Shown: one piece after another, positions 7,095-15,514 of the stretch | Position numbering within the stretch: position 1 is the stretch's first letter | Layout of the letters: each line of letters begins with the position of its first letter | Assembly (NCBI GenBank): GCA_041653455.1 | Contig: JBAZFL010000003.1 | Span: forward strand, 1 to 45,662 | Source: Clostridia bacterium | GTDB lineage: Bacteria > Bacillota > Clostridia > DUPQ01 | Reading direction: 5' to 3' | Length of the DNA stretch: 45,662 nucleotides | The notes under the pieces: model-generated | The model's database searches: none | What the model saw: only the letters and a program-made list of their open reading frames with translations | Told to the model about the DNA's origin: nothing | Program-made: the position numbers and the translations under genes

Positions 7095-7959
7095 TTTTGC
7101 CGATTATCTTACCGACCCATGTGACAAACCCTCGCTGAGCCGGTCAACGATTAAGTCGCTAGTCAATGAATGTCCACGGAAAGCGTTTCACGGGCACCCG
7201 CGCTTGAATCCTGATTACGAGAAGGAAGAAAAGACTCAGTTTGACATTGGTTCGGCGGCGCACGATTTTTTTCTTGGCGGGGAAGATGCTGTAATTGTTT
7301 TCGATTATCCTGATTGGCGCAAGAAAGAAGCGCAAGAAGCAAAGGCAGAAGCAAGGGCGCAGGGTAAGACACCGTTATTAACTCACCAATTTGAGGAAAT
7401 TAACTCAATGGTCGAAGTTGCCCATGCAAGCCTTCTAACATTTGAAGCTCGCGGAGAAAAGCTCAATTTGCAAATTGCCGACGGTGAATCGGAATTAACC
7501 TATCTATGGCAGGAAAAAGAAACGTGGTTCAGGATAAGACCGGACTGGATTAACAAAGAGCGCACTATTATCTTGGATTATAAAACAACCGGACAGTCAG
7601 CCGACCCCGAAGATTACACCGGAATTATCTCAAACACCGGCCTTGACATTCAGGACGCTCTTTACCGCCGTGGTGTGAAAGCCATTGAGGGAACGGAGCC
7701 GGACTTTTATTTTCTTGTTCAAGAAGTCGATGCGCCTTACCTTTGTTCATTTATCGAACTGGATATGATGTTTAAGGACATGGGCGAAAGCAAAGTTAAT
7801 CTTGGAATTAAACTCTGGCGGCAATGTATGAAGTCCGGCGTGTGGTCAGCTTATCCAACGCAGTTATGCACGGTAGAGCCGAAACCGTGGTCACTCGCAT
7901 CGTGGGAACTCAAGAAGTCAATGATTTTATCGGGAGGGGATTATGCCGTATCAAATTAG
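7069..7959 (+). CDS. PD-(D/E)XK family exonuclease (RecE/DUF3799/Cas4-like)
   Basis: IRPDW...IILDYKTT (D..D-x-K) followed by QDALY (QxxxY). SD aaggaaagga precedes the ATG at 7069. Paired with an annealing-type ATPase downstream. Confidence 0.7.
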   Translation: MEAGKHKISFADYLTDPCDKPSLSRSTIKSLVNECPRKAFHGHPRLNPDYEKEEKTQFDIGSAAHDFFLGGEDAVIVFDYPDWRKKEAQEAKAEARAQGKTPLLTHQFEEINSMVEVAHASLLTFEARGEKLNLQIADGESELTYLWQEKETWFRIRPDWINKERTIILDYKTTGQSADPEDYTGIISNTGLDIQDALYRRGVKAIEGTEPDFYFLVQEVDAPYLCSFIELDMMFKDMGESKVNLGIKLWRQCMKSGVWSAYPTQLCTVEPKPWSLASWELKKSMILSGGDYAVSN

Positions 7960-8935
7960 ACCAGCAAGAAGGTCGGAAGCAAAACCGTTAATCGGTTTAT
8001 ATTCAGAGTCGGGGTGCGGGAAAACTTACGGAGCGTTGTTGCTGGCAAAGGGATTTACCGGAGATATGTCAACCGTGGGAATGATTGAAACAGAATCAGG
8101 ACGCGGAGAAGTTTTTGCAGACGACCCTATCATTGGCGGGTATCAGGTTATTTCAATGCGCGACGATTTTTCGCCAAAGAATTACGGACAGGCGATTGAC
8201 TTAGCGAATCATTCAAACCTGAAAGCACTGATTATTGATTCGGCAAGCCACGAATGGGAGGGTGCTGGCGGCGTGTTGGGTATGGCAGCGGCTAACCAAG
8301 CGGGTGGCAAGAAGGGGCCGCTTGTGTGGCAGCAACCGAAAATGGATCACCAAAGAGAGTTTATGCTTCGGCTTATGCAAACACCGATACCCCTTGTCAT
8401 TGTTTGCATGAGGGCAAAATATCCGATGAAAGAAACCGTCAGTAATGGAAAGAAGGAATGGACGCGATCAACGGAACTTGACCCGAAGCAAAGCGAGGAC
8501 ATACTTTTTGAAATGATGGTTCACGCATGGATTGACAAACAGCATTTATTGCACCCGACAAAATACACAAAAGACGAACTCAAGAGCATTTTTCTTGATG
8601 GCAAAATGATTACGGTAGAAACCGGACAAAAACTTGCTGAATGGGCGAAGGGAATAACTAAGCCCCTGCCAACTACCGCACCCGCTCCAGAAGTCTTGCC
8701 ACAGGGCAACGTCGCAAGCGAGAAGGCAAAAGAAAAGGTTAATCAGAAACAGCTTACACGGTTATTCGCTATGGTTCATAAAGATATTCCCAAAGAGTCG
8801 GTTAAACTGTTCCTGATGCACTATTACTCGTTTGAATCGAGCAAGGATATAACCTCGGATAAGTACGAAGAAATAATTACCATTGTTTCAGACAAGGCAA
8901 AGTTTGACATTATGATGAAGGATATAGCGGCATGA
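7943..8935 (+). CDS. Sak4-like / AAA_24 RecA-fold ATPase (recombination)
   Basis: Walker A LYSESGCGKTY, Walker B ALIIDSASHEWEG. Strong SD gggagggg. Typical position next to a phage exonuclease. Confidence 0.7.
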   Translation: MPYQIRPARRSEAKPLIGLYSESGCGKTYGALLLAKGFTGDMSTVGMIETESGRGEVFADDPIIGGYQVISMRDDFSPKNYGQAIDLANHSNLKALIIDSASHEWEGAGGVLGMAAANQAGGKKGPLVWQQPKMDHQREFMLRLMQTPIPLVIVCMRAKYPMKETVSNGKKEWTRSTELDPKQSEDILFEMMVHAWIDKQHLLHPTKYTKDELKSIFLDGKMITVETGQKLAEWAKGITKPLPTTAPAPEVLPQGNVASEKAKEKVNQKQLTRLFAMVHKDIPKESVKLFLMHYYSFESSKDITSDKYEEIITIVSDKAKFDIMMKDIAA

Positions 8936-9057
8936 CGCTCGACCTTAAATGCGACAAGTGCGGCAAGTCAATCCATGTTGAAACAGACTGCCCGAAGATT
9001 ATCAAAAAGGCAGAAAAGGAATTTAAAAAACACAAGTGCAGAAAGGTGAAGAAATGA
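8932..9057 (+). CDS. Small basic Cys-containing protein (41 aa)
   Basis: Hand-translated MTLDLKCDKCGKSIHVETDCPKIIKK... ATGA overlaps at both ends. Confidence 0.4.
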   Translation: MTLDLKCDKCGKSIHVETDCPKIIKKAEKEFKKHKCRKVKK

Positions 9058-10115
9058 ACGACATGACGGACGAAGAATTGGTAAAGGAATATGCGATTGA
9101 TGTTGCTCGGTATGAATACGATGATGGTGAGGAACCATTCTATGATGTTCATGAGAAAGAGCTTCTTTCCCGCCTATACACCCTCCGGCAGCAGTTGGAG
9201 GAAGCACAGGCATACGCAATTACCACACTGGATCCAATTAATAATTCAGTAATGGCGTATAAGCAACGTGCCGAGCAAGCCGAGGACGACCTTAAATATG
9301 CTTTAGAGCGCATATCTAATTTGCAAAAAGATATTGCAGAACTGAAAAAACAGCGACAGACCGATGCTCTTGACGGTCAGGCAGAAATGGATATGACTAA
9401 CAATGTTGTTTTAAAGTTGCAAGCCGAGCTTGCCGAAGCCCGGCAGAAAATTAGAGATACTGAATGGATAATATATAGGCGGTTGGAAGAAGGAGAAATG
9501 ACACAAAAAGGCGATCAAGTATTGCTGCCAGATGAAGATGCGGAATGGGAAGATGTTGGCGACTGCTTTAGACCAGCCCCAAGCCCTTTATATCCCGCAC
9601 ATTGTATATACAGAAGGTCAAGAATAAAATCCCTTGAAGCCGAGCTTGCCGAAGCTAATGCTCGTCATGAAAATGCTTTAAATAAGTTAGCTGTCTATGA
9701 GAAACAGCTTGTCGGCATGAAGGAGAAGGGCAAGGGGATAATTCCAATAGTTGTTATGTGCGGTTCTTCTCGGTACGTTGATATTATGGCGGTGTGTGCT
9801 TGGTATATTGAACGCGATGAAAAGAAAAACACAATGGGACTGCACTTACTTCCAGAATGGTATTGCAAGGGCAACATTCCAGATCACCTTGCAGAACACG
9901 AAAATTGCGCGGCTGAAATGGACGAGCTTCATCTAAGAAAGATAGACATTGCAGATGAGGTTTTTGTTGTTAATTGTAACGACTATATCGGAGAAAGCAC
10001 TACACGCGAAGTACGATATGCCATAGACCGCAATAAAAAAATACGTTGGTTTACTCATGATGAAATTGGAGAGAAGGTAAGGCAAGCCATCAAACAGTTT
10101 GCGGAGGGGAAATGA
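9054..10115 (+). CDS. Coiled-coil protein with C-terminal nucleoside 2-deoxyribosyltransferase-like (Rossmann) domain
   Basis: Long heptad-like region (LQKDIAELKKQ..., LEAELAEANARHENAL). The C-terminus has VVMCGSSRY...HLRKIDIADEVFVVNCNDYIGESTTREVRYAIDRNKKI, which resembles the NDT/DUF4406-like fold. The domain call is tentative. Confidence 0.45.
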   Translation: MNDMTDEELVKEYAIDVARYEYDDGEEPFYDVHEKELLSRLYTLRQQLEEAQAYAITTLDPINNSVMAYKQRAEQAEDDLKYALERISNLQKDIAELKKQRQTDALDGQAEMDMTNNVVLKLQAELAEARQKIRDTEWIIYRRLEEGEMTQKGDQVLLPDEDAEWEDVGDCFRPAPSPLYPAHCIYRRSRIKSLEAELAEANARHENALNKLAVYEKQLVGMKEKGKGIIPIVVMCGSSRYVDIMAVCAWYIERDEKKNTMGLHLLPEWYCKGNIPDHLAEHENCAAEMDELHLRKIDIADEVFVVNCNDYIGESTTREVRYAIDRNKKIRWFTHDEIGEKVRQAIKQFAEGK

Positions 10116-10276
10116 AATTCAAGAAAGAGTTTACTGCGTGTAGGTGGGATGATGATCTTCCGGTTAGGGTAGCAATGTTACATTTTCCTAAAGAAAATTG
10201 CTATTCATATAAAGAAGGTATCTGCAAAAATGACAACAAGCCCTGCAAGGTTGTGAAGTACATACGGGAGAAATAA
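10112..10276 (+). CDS. Hypothetical small protein (54 aa)
   Basis: Hand-translated MKFKKEFTACRWDDDLPVRVAMLHFPKENC... ATGA coupling to the upstream gene. Confidence 0.4.
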   Translation: MKFKKEFTACRWDDDLPVRVAMLHFPKENCYSYKEGICKNDNKPCKVVKYIREK

Positions 10277-10293
10277 CATGAAAGGAGCATAAC

Positions 10294-10392
10294 ATGGACG
10301 AACAGACTGCGAGGACGAAATTATGTCCGTACGTCGATCCCGAAACGCAAGAGGTATGCGGCGGCGATTGCGGATTGAAGGAGGGGAGATGA
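10294..10392 (+). CDS. Hypothetical micro-ORF (32 aa)
   Basis: SD aggag lies upstream of the ATG at 10294. ATGA coupling to the next ORF. Confidence 0.25.
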   Translation: MDEQTARTKLCPYVDPETQEVCGGDCGLKEGR

Positions 10393-10571
10393 ACGATTTA
10401 ATTGCGGTGTATGATAATTATTTGAAGTTTTTAAATGAAGCAAATGAATCGCCAATATACTTAGCCTATGCGCATGACTGGCGTTGTCCCCAAGAGGATT
10501 TGAATAAAGGGGCAGAATACCGTATGCAGATAGGGGAACTTAAAAAGAAATACGGATTAGCCACCTCTTAG
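10389..10571 (+). CDS. Hypothetical protein (60 aa)
   Basis: An internal ATG of track ORF 10323..10571 is preceded by aaggagggg. Confidence 0.5.
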   Translation: MNDLIAVYDNYLKFLNEANESPIYLAYAHDWRCPQEDLNKGAEYRMQIGELKKKYGLATS

Positions 10572-10683
10572 CTTGCAGCAGGTCAATTATCTTGTTGGTC
10601 GGCGTGTTCGGGCTTAATACGGCTATCCCTTTGAGTATCGCCCAAAATAGGGCTATTGTGTAGGAGTATTCAGATATAAACCA

Positions 10684-10711
10684 TTGACAAAACATATTAT
10701 GTGATTATTAT
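10684..10711 (+). promoter_or_regulatory. Putative promoter TTGACA-16 nt-TATTAT directly upstream of the HNH gene
   Basis: TTGACA at 10684-10689 and TATTAT at 10706-10711. The ATG at 10718 has no SD, which suggests a leaderless transcript. Confidence 0.4.
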
Positions 10712-10717
10712 ATAACT

Positions 10718-11497
10718 ATGCGAAAATGTAAGAAATGTGAACAAGTAAAACCAGAAGAAATGTTTTTCCGTAATAGCAAACGGGAAGATGGTTTATGTGT
10801 GCAATGCAAAGAGTGTATGAGGGCCGCTAGCTCGTTATGGCATCAAAAAAACAAAAGTAGAGAGTTAGAATATCACAAAAATTATTACGAAAAAAATGCT
10901 GATAGGATAAAGAAACACGCTAAGGAGTATGCTATAAAAAATGCTGAAAAGTTAAAGACCAAAAGGCAGTCGTTACCTGCGGAAGAAAAAGAAAGACGAA
11001 AAGAAATGAACAGATTATGGAGATTATCTAATCCTGATAAAGTTCACGCACAACAACTACGCGCAAACATTAAACAAAGAAGCACAGCAAAGGTAAGGGT
11101 TGCCAGAGCTATATCAAACGGAATGAACAAGTCCTTAAAAAGAAAAACCAAAGGTGGGCAACACTGGGAAGGTTTAGTTGATTATAATAGCGAAGATTTA
11201 AAGAAGCATCTTGAAAGGCAGTTCAAAGAAGGAATGACATGGGAGAATTACGGCAAAGTATGGGAAATTGACCACAAGATACCGGTTAAAGTTTTTAATT
11301 ATGAAAATACAACGGATATAGATTTCGGAAGATGCTGGTCGCTGAAAAATCTTCAACCACTTTGGAAAAGCGACAACAAGAAAAAACAAGCTAAAATTAT
11401 CAAGCCATTTCAACCATCGCTAATCATTAGCATCTCGGCAGTGGTGACTGCCTCAGATACTCCCGCCACGGCACCTACCTTGCTAAGCCCTTCTTGA
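10718..11497 (+). CDS. HNH homing-type endonuclease
   Basis: N-terminal CxxC...CxxC. C-terminal WEIDHKIP...NLQPLWKSDNKKK is the HNH/N core. The 3' tail runs antisense into the last lysis-operon ORF. Confidence 0.8.
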   Translation: MRKCKKCEQVKPEEMFFRNSKREDGLCVQCKECMRAASSLWHQKNKSRELEYHKNYYEKNADRIKKHAKEYAIKNAEKLKTKRQSLPAEEKERRKEMNRLWRLSNPDKVHAQQLRANIKQRSTAKVRVARAISNGMNKSLKRKTKGGQHWEGLVDYNSEDLKKHLERQFKEGMTWENYGKVWEIDHKIPVKVFNYENTTDIDFGRCWSLKNLQPLWKSDNKKKQAKIIKPFQPSLIISISAVVTASDTPATAPTLLSPS

Positions 11498-11616
11498 ATG
11501 TTAAAAGTTTCGGGGGCGACAATCATTACCACAACGGTATTTGCCGCCGCCGAGATAGCAGTCTGTAAGATTCCTAATATCCACTTCTTTACGGTCAATA
11601 CGTTTTCAGGGTTCAT
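11410..11616 (-). CDS. Small hydrophobic protein at end of lysis cassette (68 aa)
   Basis: WILGILQTAISAAANTVVVMIVAP is a putative TM segment. ATGA coupling with the DUF1353 gene. The 3' 88 nt overlap the HNH ORF antisense. Confidence 0.45.
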   Translation of the reverse strand: MNPENVLTVKKWILGILQTAISAAANTVVVMIVAPETFNIQEGLSKVGAVAGVSEAVTTAEMLMISDG

Positions 11617-12026
11617 GGCGCCTCCAATATTTTCTTTTCATTCTCTGCGTTAGCGGCGGCAAGAGCGAACTTACGGACTCCGATATACCAAATGTAAGCC
11701 CTTATCCGAAACATACCGTCTTCGATGCAAATATCCCTGAGCATAGCGTCTGCGGTCAGCCGTTCATGCTGGCTTATCTTTTCTTCCCGAAGCAACTGAT
11801 ATAGTGCATCGTGGACTAAAGCGCCGCGCATTGATGATTTTGTGTCTATGGTAGGGCCGGACGCTCCGTCCCAAGCATAGCCGCGCTTTACAGTCAACAT
11901 TCCTTCCGGTGTCAGTTTAATATATTCAGTGTCAACATCATACCCTGCGATTTGAGTTTGCAGAGAGTAATTATGATAGAGTTGGTATTTGTAACCGCTT
12001 GTGTATGTGATTTTGTCGCCCTTCAT
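11613..12026 (-). CDS. DUF1353-like protein
   Basis: GYAWDGASGPTIDT...ALVHDALY matches the DUF1353 pattern (G..tDGaS.P ... HD.lY). The ATG at 12024-12026 has SD ggtggg and ATGA coupling. The track start is a GTG. Confidence 0.6.
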   Translation of the reverse strand: MKGDKITYTSGYKYQLYHNYSLQTQIAGYDVDTEYIKLTPEGMLTVKRGYAWDGASGPTIDTKSSMRGALVHDALYQLLREEKISQHERLTADAMLRDICIEDGMFRIRAYIWYIGVRKFALAAANAENEKKILEAP

Positions 12027-12268
12027 TTTATCACCCACCTATTATCCTTCAGCGGTCTTAGACTTTCCCAAATCGCGTCTATATCTTTTTGCTGCTGTTT
12101 CTGAATTTTATCCCATTCATCTTTGGTGGCGATGTCGGCTTTACGCGCTGCCTCTTTGGATATTTTCCGCATAGATTGCTCAAATAGTTTCTGGTCAAAT
12201 TCATCTCCGGCGAAACAAAACGATGACAGAAAAAAGACCATTGATATTACCGCCAAGAATTTACTCAT
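12023..12268 (-). CDS. Secreted small protein (spanin-like position)
   Basis: N-terminal signal-like MSKFLAVISMVFFLSSFCFAG, followed by a charged helical remainder. Strong SD aaggagg. Confidence 0.55.
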   Translation of the reverse strand: MSKFLAVISMVFFLSSFCFAGDEFDQKLFEQSMRKISKEAARKADIATKDEWDKIQKQQQKDIDAIWESLRPLKDNRWVIK

Positions 12269-12373
12269 ATCGCCTCCTTGTTTCTAATATTTCCCTTTAT
12301 ATTATACGCTAACCGTTTTGTGGTTAATGCGTGATACGCAACCTCATCACTTTGCCGGCGTCGGCAAACCGAT

Positions 12374-12679
12374 CTACTTTTTCCCCATGTAGGTTACGCT
12401 GTAATGATTTCCGTCCTTAAACCTACCGCCCCAAGCACAGAGGGGGTCAAGGCTTTCCCAATATTCCCCAAACTGTTTATGGTCGTCCGTATTCGTTAAG
12501 TAAACACCGTCTTTCGTTAAGTCTATATCCACGGCAAGCCCTTCATAGTGCAGACTCCCCTTCATGTGTTTTAGACCGTCCTTGCCAAGCATAGGCTGAT
12601 AACCCTTGCTCAGCATGAAATTAATCAGGTCGGCAACATAGATGGTAAACTTCTTTCGCTTATCTCCAAGTTCGCTCAT
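12374..12679 (-). CDS. Peptidase M15 (VanY/L-Ala-D-Glu peptidase-like) endolysin
   Basis: HYEGLAVDID (H..G.A.D) and WGGRFKDGNHY (W.G...D..H) are zinc-ligand motifs. The ATG at 12677-12679 is ATGA-coupled to the upstream gene. Confidence 0.8.
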   Translation of the reverse strand: MSELGDKRKKFTIYVADLINFMLSKGYQPMLGKDGLKHMKGSLHYEGLAVDIDLTKDGVYLTNTDDHKQFGEYWESLDPLCAWGGRFKDGNHYSVTYMGKK

Positions 12680-13005
12680 ATAATCTCTATCCACTTAGCT
12701 AATCTGTTAATAACATCGGCGGCTGTATGACCATCCCACTTCGGAGCAACATCAAATGTTTTAATGTCTTTATTGTCTAACATAGACCACATCCATTGGG
12801 GTAAATGATATGTGATCGTTCCTGTTGGTAAATCAATCCCCGCCAAAAACCATGAAGGCCACTTTTCGCCATTATCGTTTTTATCTGCCCTCCAAGATAT
12901 TTTATGGTTGCATATCATCAGTGCAATCATTAAATGGCAACGGTGATCGTATAATTCGTCAAACGTGTGGTAGCCATCAGATATTTTCCCGGTATCTATT
13001 TCCAT
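12676..13005 (-). CDS. WDGH-motif conserved phage protein
   Basis: DGYHTFDELYDHR...ITYHLP...WDGHT matches a family I recognise only as conserved hypothetical. Confidence 0.55.
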   Translation of the reverse strand: MEIDTGKISDGYHTFDELYDHRCHLMIALMICNHKISWRADKNDNGEKWPSWFLAGIDLPTGTITYHLPQWMWSMLDNKDIKTFDVAPKWDGHTAADVINRLAKWIEII

Positions 13006-13068
13006 AATCCCCTAAACCAATCTTCCCAAATTTCGCACAATTCGGCTAATAGGTTTACCCAATTATCA

Positions 13069-13203
13069 ATCCGCGTTAATGACATACCTAAAAACTCCGT
13101 CAATCCAGATTGCGAAAAACAGGACTGCGCCGAATATCAGGCCAATCAATAAACCTATCGGCAAAGCTAACGCGGCAATAAAAATTAAGAGCAAGAGTTT
13201 CAT
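13069..13203 (-). CDS. Small two-TM-like membrane protein (holin candidate, 44 aa)
   Basis: Hand-translated MKLLLLIFIAALALPIGLLIGLIFGAVLFFAIWIDGVFRYVINAD. ATGA coupling to the upstream gene. Confidence 0.45.
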
Positions 13204-13457
13204 TTTTGTTTTCCGTTAAGCTGAAAGTCAATTAGCTTATCAAGCTTCCCCTCAATACGCTGAATGTCGCACCTGTATTGCTCCATATCAACTTTGTGCG
13301 TTTGCAGCTTCTCAATTTTGTCCTGCGCCTGTGATACGGTTAATCGGGTATCGGTAATAATGCCGGTCAAACAGATAAAAAGAATAGTCGCCAATCCGTA
13401 AACAATAGCTCTCCAAGTAATAAACCGATTTCCGTTTCCGCCGTTAGAATCTGCCAT
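13200..13457 (-). CDS. Membrane-anchored coiled-coil protein (holin/lysis regulator candidate, 85 aa)
   Basis: The ATG at 13455-13457 is preceded by aggagg. One TM (WRAIVYGLATILFICLTGII) is followed by a helical tail. The upstream part of the track ORF overlaps the preceding gene. Confidence 0.55.
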   Translation of the reverse strand: MADSNGGNGNRFITWRAIVYGLATILFICLTGIITDTRLTVSQAQDKIEKLQTHKVDMEQYRCDIQRIEGKLDKLIDFQLNGKQK

Positions 13458-13483
13458 CACATAAGACCTCCTATTGTATTGTA

Positions 13484-15514
13484 TCACTCCAAAGTAAAAC
13501 CGCTTCCACTTCCTGTCGTACTTCCCATTGTTCGTCCGGCGCCTGATGCACTTGTAGAACCAAAAGTTACCGCTGCCCTTGATTTGCCCCTTAATGGGTG
13601 AGGGTAGGTGTAGGGTTGCCAGTACGCTGCCCATGCTGAGCCTGTCCATTTATAGAGAGTGCCTGTGATTGGTGTGACTGGATTCACGCCCTCAGTCTGT
13701 TTAATGTTGTCCGCTGATACGGAAGTGCACGGCATGGTTGTGATATTTGTAGGAACCCAAAAGCCAACACCAACCGTTGTCGGAGTGATAGCGTTCATTT
13801 CTGCGGCAGTTCCGCAAGATACGCCTACTGTACCATCAAAGGAACCAAGAGCAACATAATTGAAAAATTCTATATTTTCTACTAATTCAGGCGGATCGTT
13901 AAGCGTGTAAGTTGTATCGTTATCAAAATAATCGAAATTTTCAAGAGGCGTTCCGCGTTTTGCTATAATAGCATTATGGATAGTTTCGTCTGTTGCGCGT
14001 CTATTGTTTAAAAAATAACTATCATGAACTTTCCAGCAATTACAACTATCAGGTGTCCCTATCAAATAACCCGGACAAGTTTGTCTATCACCCTCAGTTT
14101 CCTTTGTAGCACGCGAGGAACACATATTAAGGGCATCTAGCGTTTCTTGGCTAGCCGAACCATGATCATTCCACTCCTCCCGCAGAGATATTACAGCGGT
14201 GCTAGTATCTGGCATCCTATTGTAAAAATATAAGTTTTTTTGCCCTCTAATGTCACTAAAATAACTAAGAATTAAATCTCCTCGTGTTGCTGTCATATTG
14301 TTTCCATATAATTCTAAATGCTGTCCGCCTGTGATGCTTGACTGGTTAGAATGCTCATCGAAATATATTTGCTGTGTTGAGTTATATGAATAATCTACCA
14401 ATCCAGTGACTATATTATATCTGATGGTAGCCGCCAAACCATCGTTGTTGTCTGCCGATACTAAAAATGATCCTTGTGGATAACCGTATCGTGAATATGT
14501 AACTCCTGCGGCATTAAGCAGTGTTGTCCCGCAGACAAAATCTCCGGCAGTATTTACAATCGTGATATACCCCATATTGGCTTGATTTTCGGGGACAGCG
14601 GGAACAGCGGCAATAGCAAGTGCGCTTGAGCCGTAACCAGTTGTGTAGTTATCCGTCCCGGCGGTTAAAGTCACCGCACCCAAAGCATCTGTCGAAACCC
14701 TATATATTCCCCATGTGTTTTGGGGTATTGTTCCTGCTGGTAACGCTGTTTCCGTTTCTGCAACGTCAACAAAAGTATGGTCTGGTAGCCAGTATGTAGA
14801 AGAAACATTTTTTACTTTTTTAAGATCAGTCGACCTAGATAGAGTCGGCCCAGACCATCTAAATATATTATCTTCAATATACCAGCCCGTTCCATCTCCC
14901 GGATAACTACGGTTAGATAAATTAAAAATGGAAGCGCCAAAAACATACGCTATCGTGTTATGTAAAAAGTTATTATCAACCACGCCCGTTGCCATACCAA
15001 TTTCTTTCCCTGTGCCATTACCGCCAACAATACGCGCCATATTAACTACGCGATTATGATGTATTCTAATCTTTCTAATAACTTTTGACGGAGGTTCTAT
15101 CATAACAGGAACCACACCATAAACTTTTGTCCCCGCGAAGGTGATTCCACTAACTTCAAAAATACCCGGACTATCCGCATGACCGGGAGTATTAAAGTAT
15201 TCAATATTATCTTCTGCCGTTGAATCAAAAACGACGTTGAATATTCCAACTGACTGTGTAGTAATCTCTGAATCTATAAATGTTGACGAATATCCAGCAC
15301 CCTGTATTTTTATATCCTTTGTCACATTTATTGGACTTGTATAACCAGTTCCCGTTCCGGCAGGGATAGCAACTGTGTCCCCATAGGTGGCGGCGTTAAT
15401 CGCCGTTTCCACATCGTCCCGATTAGCAGTTGCCGCAGTATGGGTGTCTGCCAACGCCGTTAAGGGCAGTAGCAATAATAAAATTATCAGGTATAGTTTT
15501 TTTATGGTGCGCAT
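13484..15514 (-). CDS. Signal-peptide-bearing right-handed beta-helix (pectate-lyase-like) protein; tailspike/depolymerase candidate
   Basis: The ATG at 15512-15514 has SD ggagggg. MRTIKKLYLIILLLLLPLTALA|DT is a Sec signal. DDVETAINAATYGDTVAIPAGTGTGY...IKIQGAG is the typical beta-helix N-cap motif. Confidence 0.65.
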   Translation of the reverse strand: MRTIKKLYLIILLLLLPLTALADTHTAATANRDDVETAINAATYGDTVAIPAGTGTGYTSPINVTKDIKIQGAGYSSTFIDSEITTQSVGIFNVVFDSTAEDNIEYFNTPGHADSPGIFEVSGITFAGTKVYGVVPVMIEPPSKVIRKIRIHHNRVVNMARIVGGNGTGKEIGMATGVVDNNFLHNTIAYVFGASIFNLSNRSYPGDGTGWYIEDNIFRWSGPTLSRSTDLKKVKNVSSTYWLPDHTFVDVAETETALPAGTIPQNTWGIYRVSTDALGAVTLTAGTDNYTTGYGSSALAIAAVPAVPENQANMGYITIVNTAGDFVCGTTLLNAAGVTYSRYGYPQGSFLVSADNNDGLAATIRYNIVTGLVDYSYNSTQQIYFDEHSNQSSITGGQHLELYGNNMTATRGDLILSYFSDIRGQKNLYFYNRMPDTSTAVISLREEWNDHGSASQETLDALNMCSSRATKETEGDRQTCPGYLIGTPDSCNCWKVHDSYFLNNRRATDETIHNAIIAKRGTPLENFDYFDNDTTYTLNDPPELVENIEFFNYVALGSFDGTVGVSCGTAAEMNAITPTTVGVGFWVPTNITTMPCTSVSADNIKQTEGVNPVTPITGTLYKWTGSAWAAYWQPYTYPHPLRGKSRAAVTFGSTSASGAGRTMGSTTGSGSGFTLE

